From an uncultured delta proteobacterium (GTDB lineage Bacteria > Myxococcota_A > Polyangia > Polyangiales > Polyangiaceae): a DNA stretch of 64,000 nt. The notes under the pieces were generated by a model. The model searched no databases. It saw only the letters and a list, made by a program, of their open reading frames with translations, and was not told the DNA's origin. The stretch spans positions 224,001-288,000 of the forward strand of contig CAVOKF010000003.1 of assembly GCA_963696385.1 (NCBI GenBank), written 5' to 3'. Shown here in pieces: positions 52,254 to 62,500 of the stretch (its first letter is position 1; each line of letters starts with the position of its first letter). The position numbers and the translations under genes were made by a program.

Positions 52254-52994
52254 ATGATGGCGACCCGCGAGAACATCCGACGTGAGTTGAAAGAGCTCGC
52301 CAAGTTGGGCGAGACGTTGCGCACCGAGCGGGTCGCCGACGCGCGATCCAGTGGCGAGTGGTCGTATCTACCCCCCCATTCCGAGGCATCTCTTCCGCCG
52401 GATATGGCTGACGTGCCCCCGGCTGCAGCGGTGCGCGGGGCCCACGGAATCACGTCCTCGGGCGTCATCTGCAAGGCGGAGACCGGGCCTACGGCGGAGC
52501 TCTTGGAACCATACGACCCAGAGCCCACGACGCGGCGAGGTGGAGCCACGCGATGGGCGCTGGCGGTCGCGGGCGCGGTCCTCGTGGTGGGCGGGGCTTT
52601 GGTCAGCCGATCGATGGGTATCCACCGTGCCCCAACCGCGGCGCCTATCGTTATCGCAACGCAGCTCGCGCCAACCCCGGCAGCGCCCGCGGCCGTGGTG
52701 CCGCCGGCCGACGAGATCGGTTCCGACGACGCCGTCGAGGAGGGTACAAAGTCCGCGAAGTCGCAGGGGGCAGGAGCCGCTGCAGGCGTGTCCGCCTCAC
52801 CCTCACCTATCTCGGGCGGCGCATCTACGTCGGAAGTCTCGCCTCCGGCCCATGCGCCCGTGGACCGCAGCCCGTCGGTACCGGCGGTGCACAAAAGGCC
52901 CCCGAGTGCCGGACGGGCGCAGGGTGTGCCGGGCGCGGCTTCACTTGAAGACTTGATGCGCCAGTCGGTTCGGAACGACTCGGTAAAAAAATAG
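52254..52994 (+). CDS. Hypothetical single-TM, Pro/Ala-rich protein
   Basis: TM WALAVAGAVLVVGGALV. C-terminal SLEDLMRQSV. Confidence 0.7.
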   Translation: MMATRENIRRELKELAKLGETLRTERVADARSSGEWSYLPPHSEASLPPDMADVPPAAAVRGAHGITSSGVICKAETGPTAELLEPYDPEPTTRRGGATRWALAVAGAVLVVGGALVSRSMGIHRAPTAAPIVIATQLAPTPAAPAAVVPPADEIGSDDAVEEGTKSAKSQGAGAAAGVSASPSPISGGASTSEVSPPAHAPVDRSPSVPAVHKRPPSAGRAQGVPGAASLEDLMRQSVRNDSVKK

Positions 52995-53251
52995 CCTGCC
53001 GCGCGCCCGCGGCCATCCGGGCCGATGCGGGGCCATCCGAGCCTGTGGCCCAACGGCCGTCTTGGACCTTGGCTCCACATCCGACTTTACCCCTTCGTTC
53101 GGTTCGGACCTGCACGAGTCGCGTGGATCGTGGCCCAACGGGGACGTGCAAGGCTCGGGTGATCGTCGAAAAGCCGTCGCCTGCTGGAATCGCGACGCTC
53201 ACGTCATAGATGAGAGAGGCCGAATTCCGCACGCTCGCCTGATCTTGCGCA

Positions 53252-53267
53252 CGGCACGGCACATGCT
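53252..53267 (+). promoter_or_regulatory. Putative sigma54 (-24/-12) promoter
   Basis: CGGCACGGCACATGCT: GG-N10-GC spacing, close to the TGGCACG-N4-TTGC consensus. Lies 46 bp upstream of ATG 53313. Confidence 0.55.
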
Positions 53268-53312
53268 TGGCAGAACGGTGCAACGGTAAGTTTCCACCGT
53301 GCAGTGCATTCC

Positions 53313-53456
53313 ATGTCTGACCAAGCGCACTTCTGGCTTCGAATCGCGGGCCTCAGCATCATCCTGGCCTTGGAGTTTGGCCCACGGTTTTGGAACCCCT
53401 CGCCACCGCCTCCAGCCAATGCCGTGAGCGTCGCGTCGGCCGTCGTGCAGCACTGA
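53313..53456 (+). CDS. Small protein, 47 aa (not in ORF track)
   Basis: Manual translation MSDQAHFWLRIAGLSIILALEFGPRFWNPSPPPPANAVSVASAVVQH*. No clear SD. Confidence 0.45.
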   Translation: MSDQAHFWLRIAGLSIILALEFGPRFWNPSPPPPANAVSVASAVVQH

Positions 53457-53546
53457 ATCGGATTGGCAAGTGCGCCGCAGGTTGCGCAAAGCAGAGGGGA
53501 TCGGTTGCATCCTGCGAGCCGCCGCGTAGCCTCAGCGCCGCCACGC

Positions 53547-54527
53547 ATGCACCTTCTTGTCTTGTCCCGCAACGCCACGTTGTACTCGACGAGCCGTCTA
53601 GTCCTCGCCGCCCGTTCACGAGGACATGACGTGGCCGTCGCCGACCCGCTCGCCTTCCGCATCGTCATTTCGCGAGGGCGACCGTCCCTGTATCTCGGGG
53701 ACCATCCGGCCCCTCACGCGGATCTCGTCTTGCCTCGGATCGGCGCTTCCGTGACGAGCTACGGGCTTGCCGTCGTCCGCCAGTTCGATCTGATGGGGGT
53801 TCCGGTCCTCAACACGGCCCTCGCCATCGCCCGCTCCCGTGACAAGCTCCGCGCGATGCAACTGCTCACCAAGCGCAATATCGACGTCCCCGTGACGGTG
53901 TGCGCTCGAACGCCCGGTTCCATCGATCAGGCCCTCGCGCTCGTCGGAGGAGCACCTTGCATCGTCAAGCTCCAGCAGGGCGCTCAGGGCATCGGAACCA
54001 TGATCGCGGAGACTCCTCAAGCCGTGACCTCGCTCCTCGAGACGCTGTGGGCGATGGGTCAGGACATCATTTTGCAGCAGTACATTGCCGAAGCCAAGGG
54101 CCGCGACCTTCGCGCCATCGTTGTCGGGGGCCGCGTGGTCGCTTCGATGCGCCGCCAGGCCAAAGCAGGAGAATTTCGCTCCAACCTGCATCGCGGCGGA
54201 TTGGGCGTTCGAGCGATTCTCGACGAAGGCTGTCGACGGGCTGCCGTCGCTGCGACGCGCGTCATGGGCCTGGAAATCGCGGGCGTAGATATGTTGGAAA
54301 CGCGTGAGGGACCGAAAATTCTAGAGATCAATAGCTCACCGGGGCTCGAAGGCGTCGAACGTGCCAGTGGAATCGACGTCGCGAGCGCCATCATCCGTCA
54401 CGCCGAGCGTTGTCTCGCCGGGGGCGGTCGTCGGAAGCGCCGGACCACGCTCGACGACGAGCGGCGCTTGTCGCGCATCCGCGACGCGACGACTCGAACC
54501 AGGTTGCGCGGAACGGCTCGCGCCTAA
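53547..54527 (+). CDS. rimK: RimK family alpha-L-glutamate ligase
   Basis: [46 protein letters not shown]. Confidence 0.93.
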   Translation: MHLLVLSRNATLYSTSRLVLAARSRGHDVAVADPLAFRIVISRGRPSLYLGDHPAPHADLVLPRIGASVTSYGLAVVRQFDLMGVPVLNTALAIARSRDKLRAMQLLTKRNIDVPVTVCARTPGSIDQALALVGGAPCIVKLQQGAQGIGTMIAETPQAVTSLLETLWAMGQDIILQQYIAEAKGRDLRAIVVGGRVVASMRRQAKAGEFRSNLHRGGLGVRAILDEGCRRAAVAATRVMGLEIAGVDMLETREGPKILEINSSPGLEGVERASGIDVASAIIRHAERCLAGGGRRKRRTTLDDERRLSRIRDATTRTRLRGTARA

Positions 54528-54556
54528 ACGATTTGCGCCACAGGAGTTGTCGTGCC

Positions 54557-55777
54557 ATGTCGCCCGATCCTCATCGCACCGGCTACTTCGGACCTTTTGG
54601 CGGCTCATTCGTGGCCGAGACGTTGGTCGTCGCGCTCGAGGAGCTCGCGCAGGGCCTCGAAACGATCGTGCGCGGAGAAGCGTTTCAGCGCGAGTGGCGC
54701 GATCTCTTGACGACCTATGTGGGACGTCCAACACCCCTGGGCGAGGCGAAGCGGCTGGCGTGCGCCATAGACCCGACGGGGCGCGCCATCGATCGGCTTT
54801 GGTTGAAGCGCGAGGACCTCTGCCACACTGGTGCGCACAAGATCAACAACGCGATCGGTCAGGTGCTGCTTGCAAGGACGATGGGCAAGACACGCGTCAT
54901 CGCGGAGACCGGCGCGGGGCAGCACGGAGTAGCCACGGCAAGCGCATGCGCTCGTTTTGGGATTCCCTGCGAAGTCTACATGGGCTCAAACGACATCCAG
55001 CGGCAGGCCCCCAACGTGGGCCGCATGAGGCTTTTGGGCGCAAAGGTCATCGCCGTCGAAGCGGGGTCTCGCACGCTCAAGGACGCCATGAACGAGGCCC
55101 TGCGCGATTGGGTCACGAACGTGCGGACGACCTACTATTGCATCGGCAGCGCTGCGGGACCTCATCCGTACCCCGAGCTCGTGGCACGACTGCAAAGCGT
55201 CATCGGCGAGGAGACCCGATCGCAGCTGCTGACCGCGCAGGGCACCCTTCCCGACGCGGCCATTGCATGCGTGGGCGGAGGATCCAACGCCATCGGGCTG
55301 TTCCGTGCGTTCCTGGGTGACCCCGCGGTCGCGCTCATCGGCGTCGAGGCAGCGGGGGAAGGCATCGCCTCGGGGCGACACGCAGCCACCCTCACGGCGG
55401 GCCGCGTGGGTGTCCTGCATGGCTCCAAGAGCTACGTCCTTTGCGACGACGGGGGGCAGATCCTCGAGGCGCACTCGATCAGCGCTGGCCTCGACTACCC
55501 CGGCGTCGGCCCCGAGCACTCGTGGCTGAAAGACACGGGACGAGCGCGGTATCTCTCCGCCACCGACGAGGAGGCGCTGCAGGCCGTGCTGCTCGTTGCG
55601 CGGACGGAGGGCATTCTTCCGGCACTTGAGACGGCCCATGCGTTCGCACGAATCGGAGAGGTTGCGCGACATCTGTCCGAAAGGCGCGAACGGCCCGTGT
55701 CGATCGTCGTCGGGGTGTCAGGGCGTGGCGACAAGGATCTGTCCACATTGCTGTGTCGTCTTGGAGACGTGTTGTGA
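54557..55777 (+). CDS. trpB: Tryptophan synthase beta chain
   Basis: [52 protein letters not shown]. Confidence 0.97.
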   Translation: MSPDPHRTGYFGPFGGSFVAETLVVALEELAQGLETIVRGEAFQREWRDLLTTYVGRPTPLGEAKRLACAIDPTGRAIDRLWLKREDLCHTGAHKINNAIGQVLLARTMGKTRVIAETGAGQHGVATASACARFGIPCEVYMGSNDIQRQAPNVGRMRLLGAKVIAVEAGSRTLKDAMNEALRDWVTNVRTTYYCIGSAAGPHPYPELVARLQSVIGEETRSQLLTAQGTLPDAAIACVGGGSNAIGLFRAFLGDPAVALIGVEAAGEGIASGRHAATLTAGRVGVLHGSKSYVLCDDGGQILEAHSISAGLDYPGVGPEHSWLKDTGRARYLSATDEEALQAVLLVARTEGILPALETAHAFARIGEVARHLSERRERPVSIVVGVSGRGDKDLSTLLCRLGDVL

Positions 55778-56583
55778 ACCGCCTCGATGCGATCTTCGTT
55801 CGCGGGAAAAAGGTCCTCATCGCTTATCTGTGCGTCGGGGATCCCAGCATCGAGGAGAGCATCGTGCTCGCCCGGGCTTGTATCCGCGCAGGGGCCGATG
55901 TGATCGAACTCGGTGTGCCCTTCAGCGATCCGACCGCCGACGGTCCCGTCATTGCGTCTGCGAGCCAGCGCGCGATTCGCGTCGGTGGCGGGCTCGAGGC
56001 GACGTTTCGGGCCTCGCACGCGATTCGCTCCACCGATCCGCAGGTCGGACTGGTGCTCTTCGGATACTACAACCCGCTGTTCGTCCGTGGCGAGTCGCGC
56101 TCCGCGCGCGACGCCGCCGAAGCGGGCATCGATGCGCTGCTCGTGGTCGATTTGCCAATCGAAGCAAGCGACACGTTGCATGATGCCGCGAAGGCCAACG
56201 GCCTGGGCCTCGTTCCGCTTCTCGCGCCTACGAGCCGCGCCGAGCGCATCACGGCGGCCGCTCATGCGGCCGCGCGGGGACCGGTGCCGTTCATTTATTA
56301 CATCTCGGTCACCGGCGTCACGGGCAGCGGCGCTATCGATGCCCATGAGGCCGGAGCGCGCGCCCAGCAGATTGCCCGGCAGACGGGGCGACCGGTCGTG
56401 GTCGGATTCGGGATTGACTCAGGGGCAAAAGCACGTCGTGCCGCCGAGCACGCGGACGGGGTCGTGGTCGGCACGGCGCTCGTACGTGCCATCGAACGGG
56501 GACGGACCCCCGACGAGCGACGCGATTCGGTCGAACGTCTGGTGGGCGAGCTGCGCTTGGGTCTCGACCACGCGCCAGCCTGA
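55774..56583 (+). CDS. trpA: Tryptophan synthase alpha chain
   Basis: [42 protein letters not shown] overlap with trpB. Confidence 0.96.
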   Translation: MNRLDAIFVRGKKVLIAYLCVGDPSIEESIVLARACIRAGADVIELGVPFSDPTADGPVIASASQRAIRVGGGLEATFRASHAIRSTDPQVGLVLFGYYNPLFVRGESRSARDAAEAGIDALLVVDLPIEASDTLHDAAKANGLGLVPLLAPTSRAERITAAAHAAARGPVPFIYYISVTGVTGSGAIDAHEAGARAQQIARQTGRPVVVGFGIDSGAKARRAAEHADGVVVGTALVRAIERGRTPDERRDSVERLVGELRLGLDHAPA

Positions 56584-56648
56584 TGCGGCGCGGCTTCGAG
56601 GTGCTCGCCACAGCGCGCGAGCGCGACTATCCTTTTTGGGCTCTATCG

Positions 56649-57332
56649 ATGCTTTTCCTCTGCGTCTCGGACATTCACGGTCACCTCGACGCTCTTCGCG
56701 CCATACTCGCGACCGCGGAGCGGCGGAGCTTCCACAAGCTCCTGGTCGCGGGAGACGTCGTATTTCCGGGTCCGGAACCGCTCGAGACCTGGCGACGTCT
56801 CACGGCGGCCGGTGCCGTGATGGTACAAGGCCTGACCGACCGCGCCGTGGCGATGCTCGACCCGGCCACGCTGCACCCGCGAAGCGAGCACGAGCGCGAG
56901 CGGCTGGGTCGCATGCGCGCGACCCGAGACGCGCTCGGAGAGTTAATCTTGCAGCGCTTGCGCCGACTTCCGACTCACTCACGCCTGGCTCTGGAAGACG
57001 GCGGGGAGCTCCTTCTCGTGCATGGATCGCCCGTGGATCCTGCGGAACCACTCACGCACGACATGACCGATGCCGAGGTCAATGCCCTCATCGGAGATGA
57101 TCCGGCCGACGTCGTCGTCTGCGGAGCAAGCCATGTCCCGTTCGATCGGACGGTCGGTGGCGTTCGCGTGGTCAACGTGGGCAGCGTCGGGGAAGCCCCG
57201 GGGGCCGGCAGCCGCATTGCCCAGGCCATGTGGATCGAATCCACACCGCATGGAGTCCTCGTGGAGCCCATCGTCGTTCCGCTTCACGAGCCCGCCACCA
57301 GGATCTCCTCCGGGGCTATTGATGGCACGTGA
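56649..57332 (+). CDS. Metallophosphoesterase family protein
   Basis: SDIHG, AGD, VHGSP, VNVGSVG. The GNHD motif reads GLTD and GHxH reads GASH. Confidence 0.85.
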   Translation: MLFLCVSDIHGHLDALRAILATAERRSFHKLLVAGDVVFPGPEPLETWRRLTAAGAVMVQGLTDRAVAMLDPATLHPRSEHERERLGRMRATRDALGELILQRLRRLPTHSRLALEDGGELLLVHGSPVDPAEPLTHDMTDAEVNALIGDDPADVVVCGASHVPFDRTVGGVRVVNVGSVGEAPGAGSRIAQAMWIESTPHGVLVEPIVVPLHEPATRISSGAIDGT

Positions 57333-57381
57333 GCCGCCCCATCCCATGGAAACGCCTGTGCGATAAAGTGGATCTCGATGC

Positions 57382-57828
57382 TTGCCGCCTGCGACGATTG
57401 CGTTCGTGATACGGCCCGGTCTTGCCAAGGCGGGGAAGCTGCCGCTTTTCGTCGCGCACCGCAGCACGCATGTGCGTACGTTCGATTCGAGATGGCGAGA
57501 CCTTTTCGAGCGCGCGGACGTGCTGAGCGAAGGAAGCGTCTTGATCGAGCCGCATGGACGAATGTGGTACGGTTCGACGAGTCTCATTTTGCCATCGGCG
57601 TGGGGCATCCAACCATCGATTCTTGCTGAAGTTGCGGACCGCAACGTGCATGTCCGCTTGCGCGCGCTGCGAATGGCGCTCCGCGAAGCGTGCGTGCGCG
57701 CGCCTGCGCGTCTCGGTCGTCTGATGTGCGAGATCCGGATCTCGTCTGACGATGAGCGGGTGAGGATTGACGTCGACGTCCAGGCGCCGTTGATAGAAGT
57801 GCGAACCGGCTCAGGTCGCGCTCCGTAA
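57382..57828 (+). CDS. Hypothetical protein
   Basis: Fills the gap between same-strand genes and has protein-like composition. Start uncertain. Confidence 0.55.
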   Translation: MPPATIAFVIRPGLAKAGKLPLFVAHRSTHVRTFDSRWRDLFERADVLSEGSVLIEPHGRMWYGSTSLILPSAWGIQPSILAEVADRNVHVRLRALRMALREACVRAPARLGRLMCEIRISSDDERVRIDVDVQAPLIEVRTGSGRAP

Positions 57829-57842
57829 TCGATCCTGCAAAC

Positions 57843-58898
57843 ATGCCTAGTACTACCCATGGGCCCGCCGGCGTCGGCGGCGGCCGAAAAAAGCGACGAC
57901 GCAAAGGGGGAACCGTCATCCACGTGGCCTTCGGGTCGGGCGGCGGGCGCATCGATGATGCCGCGCACGCAGCGACCCGTGCGGGCTCGGTCGGCGTACC
58001 GCCCGCTCCCGATGGTCGGGAGCCGGTTACCGACCTATTCACTCTTCGCGAAGTCGCCAAGCTCCTGGGTGTTTCCGAGGCACGCCTTCGTTCGCTCGAC
58101 CGATCGAAGATCGTCTCGCCTTCAGGGCAGCGCGGCCGGCTTCGCGCGTACACCTTCCAGGACCTCATCGCTCTGCGCGCCACTCGTGAGCTTCTCGAGC
58201 ACCACGTGCGACTGCGCGACGTCGCCCGCGCCATTGGAGCGCTGCGCGAAGCGCTGCCTCGCGTTACGCGCCCCCTCCAGCAGCTTCGCATCATCGGCGA
58301 CGGCCGCCGCGTGGTGGTGAGGTCCGCGAGCGGGAGCTTCGAGCCCATTACCGGGCAGATGGTCCTCGACTTCGAAGTCCAAACACTGCGCGATGACGTC
58401 GTCCGCATGCTGCGACCGGAGATCGGCTCCGAGCGCGCGACGACTGCCTACGATCTCTACGTTCAGGCGAGTCGGCTGGACGAGGACGCTGCCACGTACG
58501 ACGCCGCCGAAGATCTCTATCGCCGCGCGATCGGTCTCGATCCGTCGCTCGCCATTGCGTATACGAACTTGGGCAATATCCGGTTCCGGCGCGGCGACGA
58601 GACCGGAGCCGAGGCGCTCTATCGCCATGCCATCGAGATCGATACGCAACAGCCCGAGGCCCACTACAACCTGGGATACGTCATGCTGGAACGCGGCGAC
58701 GCTCGACTGGCTGCAGACTATTTTGAACGTGCGCTCGAGGGCGACCCGCGCTTCGCGGACGCTCAGTTCAATCTCGCGATGGCGCTCGAGCAACTCGGCG
58801 ACCGCGCGCGCGCACGGCCGCACTGGAAAAAGTACCTTGAGATCGAGCCCACAGGGACGTGGGCCGACATTGCACGCGAACACCTCACGACGACTTAG
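57843..58898 (+). CDS. MerR-type HTH + TPR protein
   Basis: FTLREVAKLLGVSEARLRSL...RAYTFQDLIALR followed by about 4 TPRs. Confidence 0.88.
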   Translation: MPSTTHGPAGVGGGRKKRRRKGGTVIHVAFGSGGGRIDDAAHAATRAGSVGVPPAPDGREPVTDLFTLREVAKLLGVSEARLRSLDRSKIVSPSGQRGRLRAYTFQDLIALRATRELLEHHVRLRDVARAIGALREALPRVTRPLQQLRIIGDGRRVVVRSASGSFEPITGQMVLDFEVQTLRDDVVRMLRPEIGSERATTAYDLYVQASRLDEDAATYDAAEDLYRRAIGLDPSLAIAYTNLGNIRFRRGDETGAEALYRHAIEIDTQQPEAHYNLGYVMLERGDARLAADYFERALEGDPRFADAQFNLAMALEQLGDRARARPHWKKYLEIEPTGTWADIAREHLTTT

Positions 58899-59066
58899 TA
58901 CAGTGCCCCGCTAAACGGCACCCAGCTGCACGGGGTACGCCTTGCGTTGCAGGCTGGCGCTGCACTAAGATGGTTTGCTTGGGGCTTCGCCCCAAACCCC
59001 CAATCGCCTCCCGGCGACTGAGGTACACCGCCCGGCTGATCCCTTTGTTCTGGGGCGGTGTACTTT
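58894..59066. repeat. ~173-bp structured dispersed element, copy 2
   Basis: About 90% identical to 30830-31001, same orientation. Confidence 0.9.
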
Positions 59067-59083
59067 CGTCGAGTGGGATCGCT

Positions 59084-60205
59084 TCAGGCATTGAAGAACC
59101 GGCCCACGTGCTCCACGATCGAATCTTGCTGCTCATCCGACATCGCCGCAAAGATGGGAAGTGCCAGGGCCGTTCGGCAGACCTCCTCGGCGGCGGGCAG
59201 CGGAGGTTCGTGAAGCCATTCGAAGCAGGGCTGGCGGTTGAGGGAAACAGGATAATACACTCTCGTTTCAACGCCCCGTACGCGTAGAAAGCGAGCGAGA
59301 GCGTCGCGCTCGGGCGTCCGAACCACGAACGCGTGCCAGGCGTGGACGGCCGGCGGATGGGGCGGGTCCGGAAGCAACAGCGGCCATCGCGCAAGCTGGC
59401 TGCGATACCGATCGGCGGAGCGAGTGCGGGCGCGTTGCCAGTCCGCCAGTCGCCGCGTCTTGGTCAAGAGCACGGCGGCTTGCAGCGCGTCCAGCCGGCT
59501 GTTGCGTCCCGCCTCCTGATGCACGTAAGGCTCGACGGCACCATGGGCGCGAAGACGGCGCACCCGAGTCGCGATGTCGCCCCGCGAAGTGACGACGGCG
59601 CCTGCATCGCCCCAAGCGCCCAAACCCTTCGTCGGAAAAAAGCTAAAGCATCCCGCGTCACCCATGCCGCCAGCCGGGGTCCCCGATTCGTCGTTCGCAC
59701 CGATGGCTTGCGCCGCGTCTTCGACCACCGCGATACCGCGTTGCGCCGCCAGTGCCTTGAGAGACGCGGTCGGTGCACAGCGACCAAACAGATGCACCGG
59801 AACTAGGGCGCGGACACGCAGCCCGGCACGCGTCGCACGTTCCATGGACTCGTCGACCGTAGCCACGCTCGCGTTCATCGTCGTCGGATCGACGTCGCAG
59901 AAGACCGGACGCGCACCCACGGCGGCAATCGCCTCCGCCGCTGCGACGAACGAGAGGCCGGGCGTCACGACGGCATCTCCCGACGAGACGCCGATGGCTC
60001 GTAAGGTGAGCTCGATCGCATCCGTGCCCGAAGCCACCCCCACCGCGTACGTCGTGCCGCATGCTCGAGCCAGCCACCGCTCGAAGGCCTGGACCTCCTC
60101 GCCCAAGACGAAATGGCCCGTGCGCGCAACCCGTGCAATCTCGGTGAGAACTTCGTCCGCGATAGGCGCTTCCTGCGCAGCAAGGTCGACAAATGGAACG
60201 CGCAT
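59084..60205 (-). CDS. DegT/DnrJ/EryC1/StrS family aminotransferase
   Basis: MRVPFVDL, ASGTDA, VHLFG, EDAAQAIG, FSFFPTKGLG (PLP Lys), NSRLDALQAA. Confidence 0.95.
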   Translation of the reverse strand: MRVPFVDLAAQEAPIADEVLTEIARVARTGHFVLGEEVQAFERWLARACGTTYAVGVASGTDAIELTLRAIGVSSGDAVVTPGLSFVAAAEAIAAVGARPVFCDVDPTTMNASVATVDESMERATRAGLRVRALVPVHLFGRCAPTASLKALAAQRGIAVVEDAAQAIGANDESGTPAGGMGDAGCFSFFPTKGLGAWGDAGAVVTSRGDIATRVRRLRAHGAVEPYVHQEAGRNSRLDALQAAVLLTKTRRLADWQRARTRSADRYRSQLARWPLLLPDPPHPPAVHAWHAFVVRTPERDALARFLRVRGVETRVYYPVSLNRQPCFEWLHEPPLPAAEEVCRTALALPIFAAMSDEQQDSIVEHVGRFFNA

Positions 60206-61014
60206 CACCACTTTCGGTGCAGAAGCGAAGGAAGTGCAGTTCGAACGCGATCCTGATACGCAAAGTCGAGAAGGGTCGCGGCGAAGCCCTCGCCCTCCGA
60301 GCACTGGGCAACGACCTCGCCCCACGGATCGACAACGAGCGATTTGCCGTAGGTTTGGCGCCCACGCGCGTGCTTGCCATGCTGCGCCGGGGCGAGCACG
60401 TAAACCTGGTTCTCTATGGCACGCGCACGCAACAAGGTGTGCCAGTGGTCCTTGCCCGTCGGAACCGTGAACGCGGATGGGACGACGACCATGCGCGCTC
60501 CTCGCTCGACCAGGCGTCGATAGAGCTCCGGAAACCGAACGTCGTAGCAGATGCTCAACCCGAGACCCACGCCGTGGACCTCGGTCGTCACCGCCTCGGT
60601 CCCCGCGCTCGTTGAAACGCTCTCGCGGTACGAGCTTCCGTCGGGCAATGTCACGTCGAACAGGTGAACCTTCCGATAGGTGGCCGTGACCGCCCCGCGC
60701 GGATCGAGCAGGACCGCGGTGTTGTACGGGCGCGAAACGTCTTCGCTCTTCTCGGGCATGCCACCCCCGAGAACCCAGATGCCATGCTTCGCGGCGCAGT
60801 CGGCGAGCGTACCGAGGATTTCGCCCGGGAAAGCGCCGTCGAGCCGCTCGGCAAGCCCGCGCTTCGCCGCCTCCTCGCCCATGAAGGCAAAATTTTCGGG
60901 CAGCGCGACGAGCTCGGCGCCCGCCGCCGCGGCGTGCGCCACCCAATGGCGCACGCGTTGAAGGTTTGCGCCGACGTCGTCTTGGGCATTGAGCTGGACG
61001 ACCGCCACCTGCAT
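60205..61014 (-). CDS. Carbon-nitrogen hydrolase (Nit1/deaminated glutathione amidase-like)
   Basis: LPENF, YRKVHLFD, ICYDVRFPE (E-K-C triad), LRARAIENQ. Confidence 0.93.
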   Translation of the reverse strand: MQVAVVQLNAQDDVGANLQRVRHWVAHAAAAGAELVALPENFAFMGEEAAKRGLAERLDGAFPGEILGTLADCAAKHGIWVLGGGMPEKSEDVSRPYNTAVLLDPRGAVTATYRKVHLFDVTLPDGSSYRESVSTSAGTEAVTTEVHGVGLGLSICYDVRFPELYRRLVERGARMVVVPSAFTVPTGKDHWHTLLRARAIENQVYVLAPAQHGKHARGRQTYGKSLVVDPWGEVVAQCSEGEGFAATLLDFAYQDRVRTALPSLLHRKW

Positions 61015-61284
61015 GCGCTGCTTCGCCCACGATAGTTGCCGCCGCCGGGACAATCAATGGGTTCGCGTGGTTTGCGTCGCCGTCGCCGTCTCGGCGGCCA
61101 TTCGCCATAGTGCTGCAGCGAGCTATGTTCGTACGGCCATCGCCGGATCGACCATGCACTGCAAGAACCACGCGTTGCCGCTCGCCCAAGCCCTGAACGA
61201 GGTCGGCTGCCCTCGCCCCGTTTGGGCGGTCCACCGATGGAGTGGGAAGGACGCCTGGTCGAACCACCTTGTTCGGAAGGACGC

Positions 61285-62433
61285 GTGAGTTCGGCGTACT
61301 CCATTCGCGTCCTCAAGAGTGTGCGCGAGGTGTCCCCGGAGCGGTGGGATGCTCTGATCGGGGACGACAGTTCCCCGTTCGTCGAGCATGCATGGTTGGA
61401 GGCGCTCGAAGCCACCGGATGCGTGGGAGGCCGTACGGGATGGCTCCCCCGTCACCTATCGCTCTGGCGCGGTGCCGACCTGGTGGCTGCGGCCCCGTCT
61501 TACGCGAAGCAACACAGCGAGGGCGAGTTCGTCTTCGACTGGGGATGGGCCGAGTTAGCGGAGCGCATCGGAATTCATTACTACCCGAAACTCGTCATCG
61601 CGGTTCCATTCACTCCCGCAACCGGCGACCGCGTCCTCGTCCCCCGTGGCGAAGATCGCAACGCCATCGTTGGCGTCTTCGCCGACGCTGCGCGCCAGCT
61701 GTGTGAGCGTCTCGGTACGTCCGGTACTCATGTGCTCTTTCCACGCGAAAGTGAGGCTGCCGCATGGCAAGCCAGCGGGTACCTGCTACGCGACGGCTTC
61801 CAGTTCCATTGGCACCGCGATGGTGCGACGACATTCGACCACTACCTCGGCCACTTCTCTTCGAAGCAACGCAATCAGGTCCGCCGCGAACTCCGCCATG
61901 TCAGCGACGCCGGAATCGTCGTGGAAGCGCTGCCCTCGGAAGGTCATACGCCGGCCGTCGCGCACACGATGCACGGGTTCTACGCGTCGACGATCGGCAA
62001 GCACGGCGTCTGGGGACGGCTCTATTTGAACGAGGCGTTTTTTCAACGTGTCGTCGAACGGTTTCGCGACCGGCTGGCGTGGGTGGTGGCGCGCGACACG
62101 GCAACGGGCGAACTCGTGGGCGGCGCGTTCAATGTGGTGAAGCGAAATCGTCTGTACGGCCGTTATTGGGGCACGAACTCCAACGTCCCCTTTTTGCACT
62201 TCGTCGTGTGCTATTATGCAGGAATACGGCTCTGCCTGGAGCGCGGTCTGGACGTCTTCGAGCCGGGCGCTGGGGGTGAGCACAAGCGGGTGCGGGGCTT
62301 CGCTCCGACCTTGACACAATCCGCGCACTGGCTGGCGGACGGCCGGTTGCGCTCCGCGCTTTCACCTTGGCTCGAGCGCGAGCGCGATCGGGTCCGGTCC
62401 ATCATCGCGAGCACCGATCTGACCGAACCGTGA
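61285..62433 (+). CDS. GNAT/FemAB-like protein (DUF482)
   Basis: HSEGEFVFDWGWA, YYPKL..AVPFTPATG, LYGRYWG, FEPGAGGEHK. Confidence 0.9.
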   Translation: MSSAYSIRVLKSVREVSPERWDALIGDDSSPFVEHAWLEALEATGCVGGRTGWLPRHLSLWRGADLVAAAPSYAKQHSEGEFVFDWGWAELAERIGIHYYPKLVIAVPFTPATGDRVLVPRGEDRNAIVGVFADAARQLCERLGTSGTHVLFPRESEAAAWQASGYLLRDGFQFHWHRDGATTFDHYLGHFSSKQRNQVRRELRHVSDAGIVVEALPSEGHTPAVAHTMHGFYASTIGKHGVWGRLYLNEAFFQRVVERFRDRLAWVVARDTATGELVGGAFNVVKRNRLYGRYWGTNSNVPFLHFVVCYYAGIRLCLERGLDVFEPGAGGEHKRVRGFAPTLTQSAHWLADGRLRSALSPWLERERDRVRSIIASTDLTEP

Positions 62434-62500
62434 CAGGGCCGGCGACCGCATGACCGAAAGATGGCGGGCGACCGAGTGCCCCTAGCCGTACCTTCTTGTC

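Noticed and set aside
53313..53456. trp attenuator leader peptide
   Set aside because: The Trp codons are not tandem, no terminator/antiterminator is seen, and rimK lies between the ORF and trpB.
57323..57338. Second sigma54-like motif TGGCACGTGAGCCGCC
   Set aside because: Spacing fits, but the -12 element (CCGC) is poor and the motif overlaps a coding end. A chance match is likely in GC-rich DNA.
59084..61267. 727-aa ORF as an extended DegT aminotransferase
   Set aside because: The extension overlaps the nitrilase gene in another frame. The family-typical start MRVPFVDL is at 60205.
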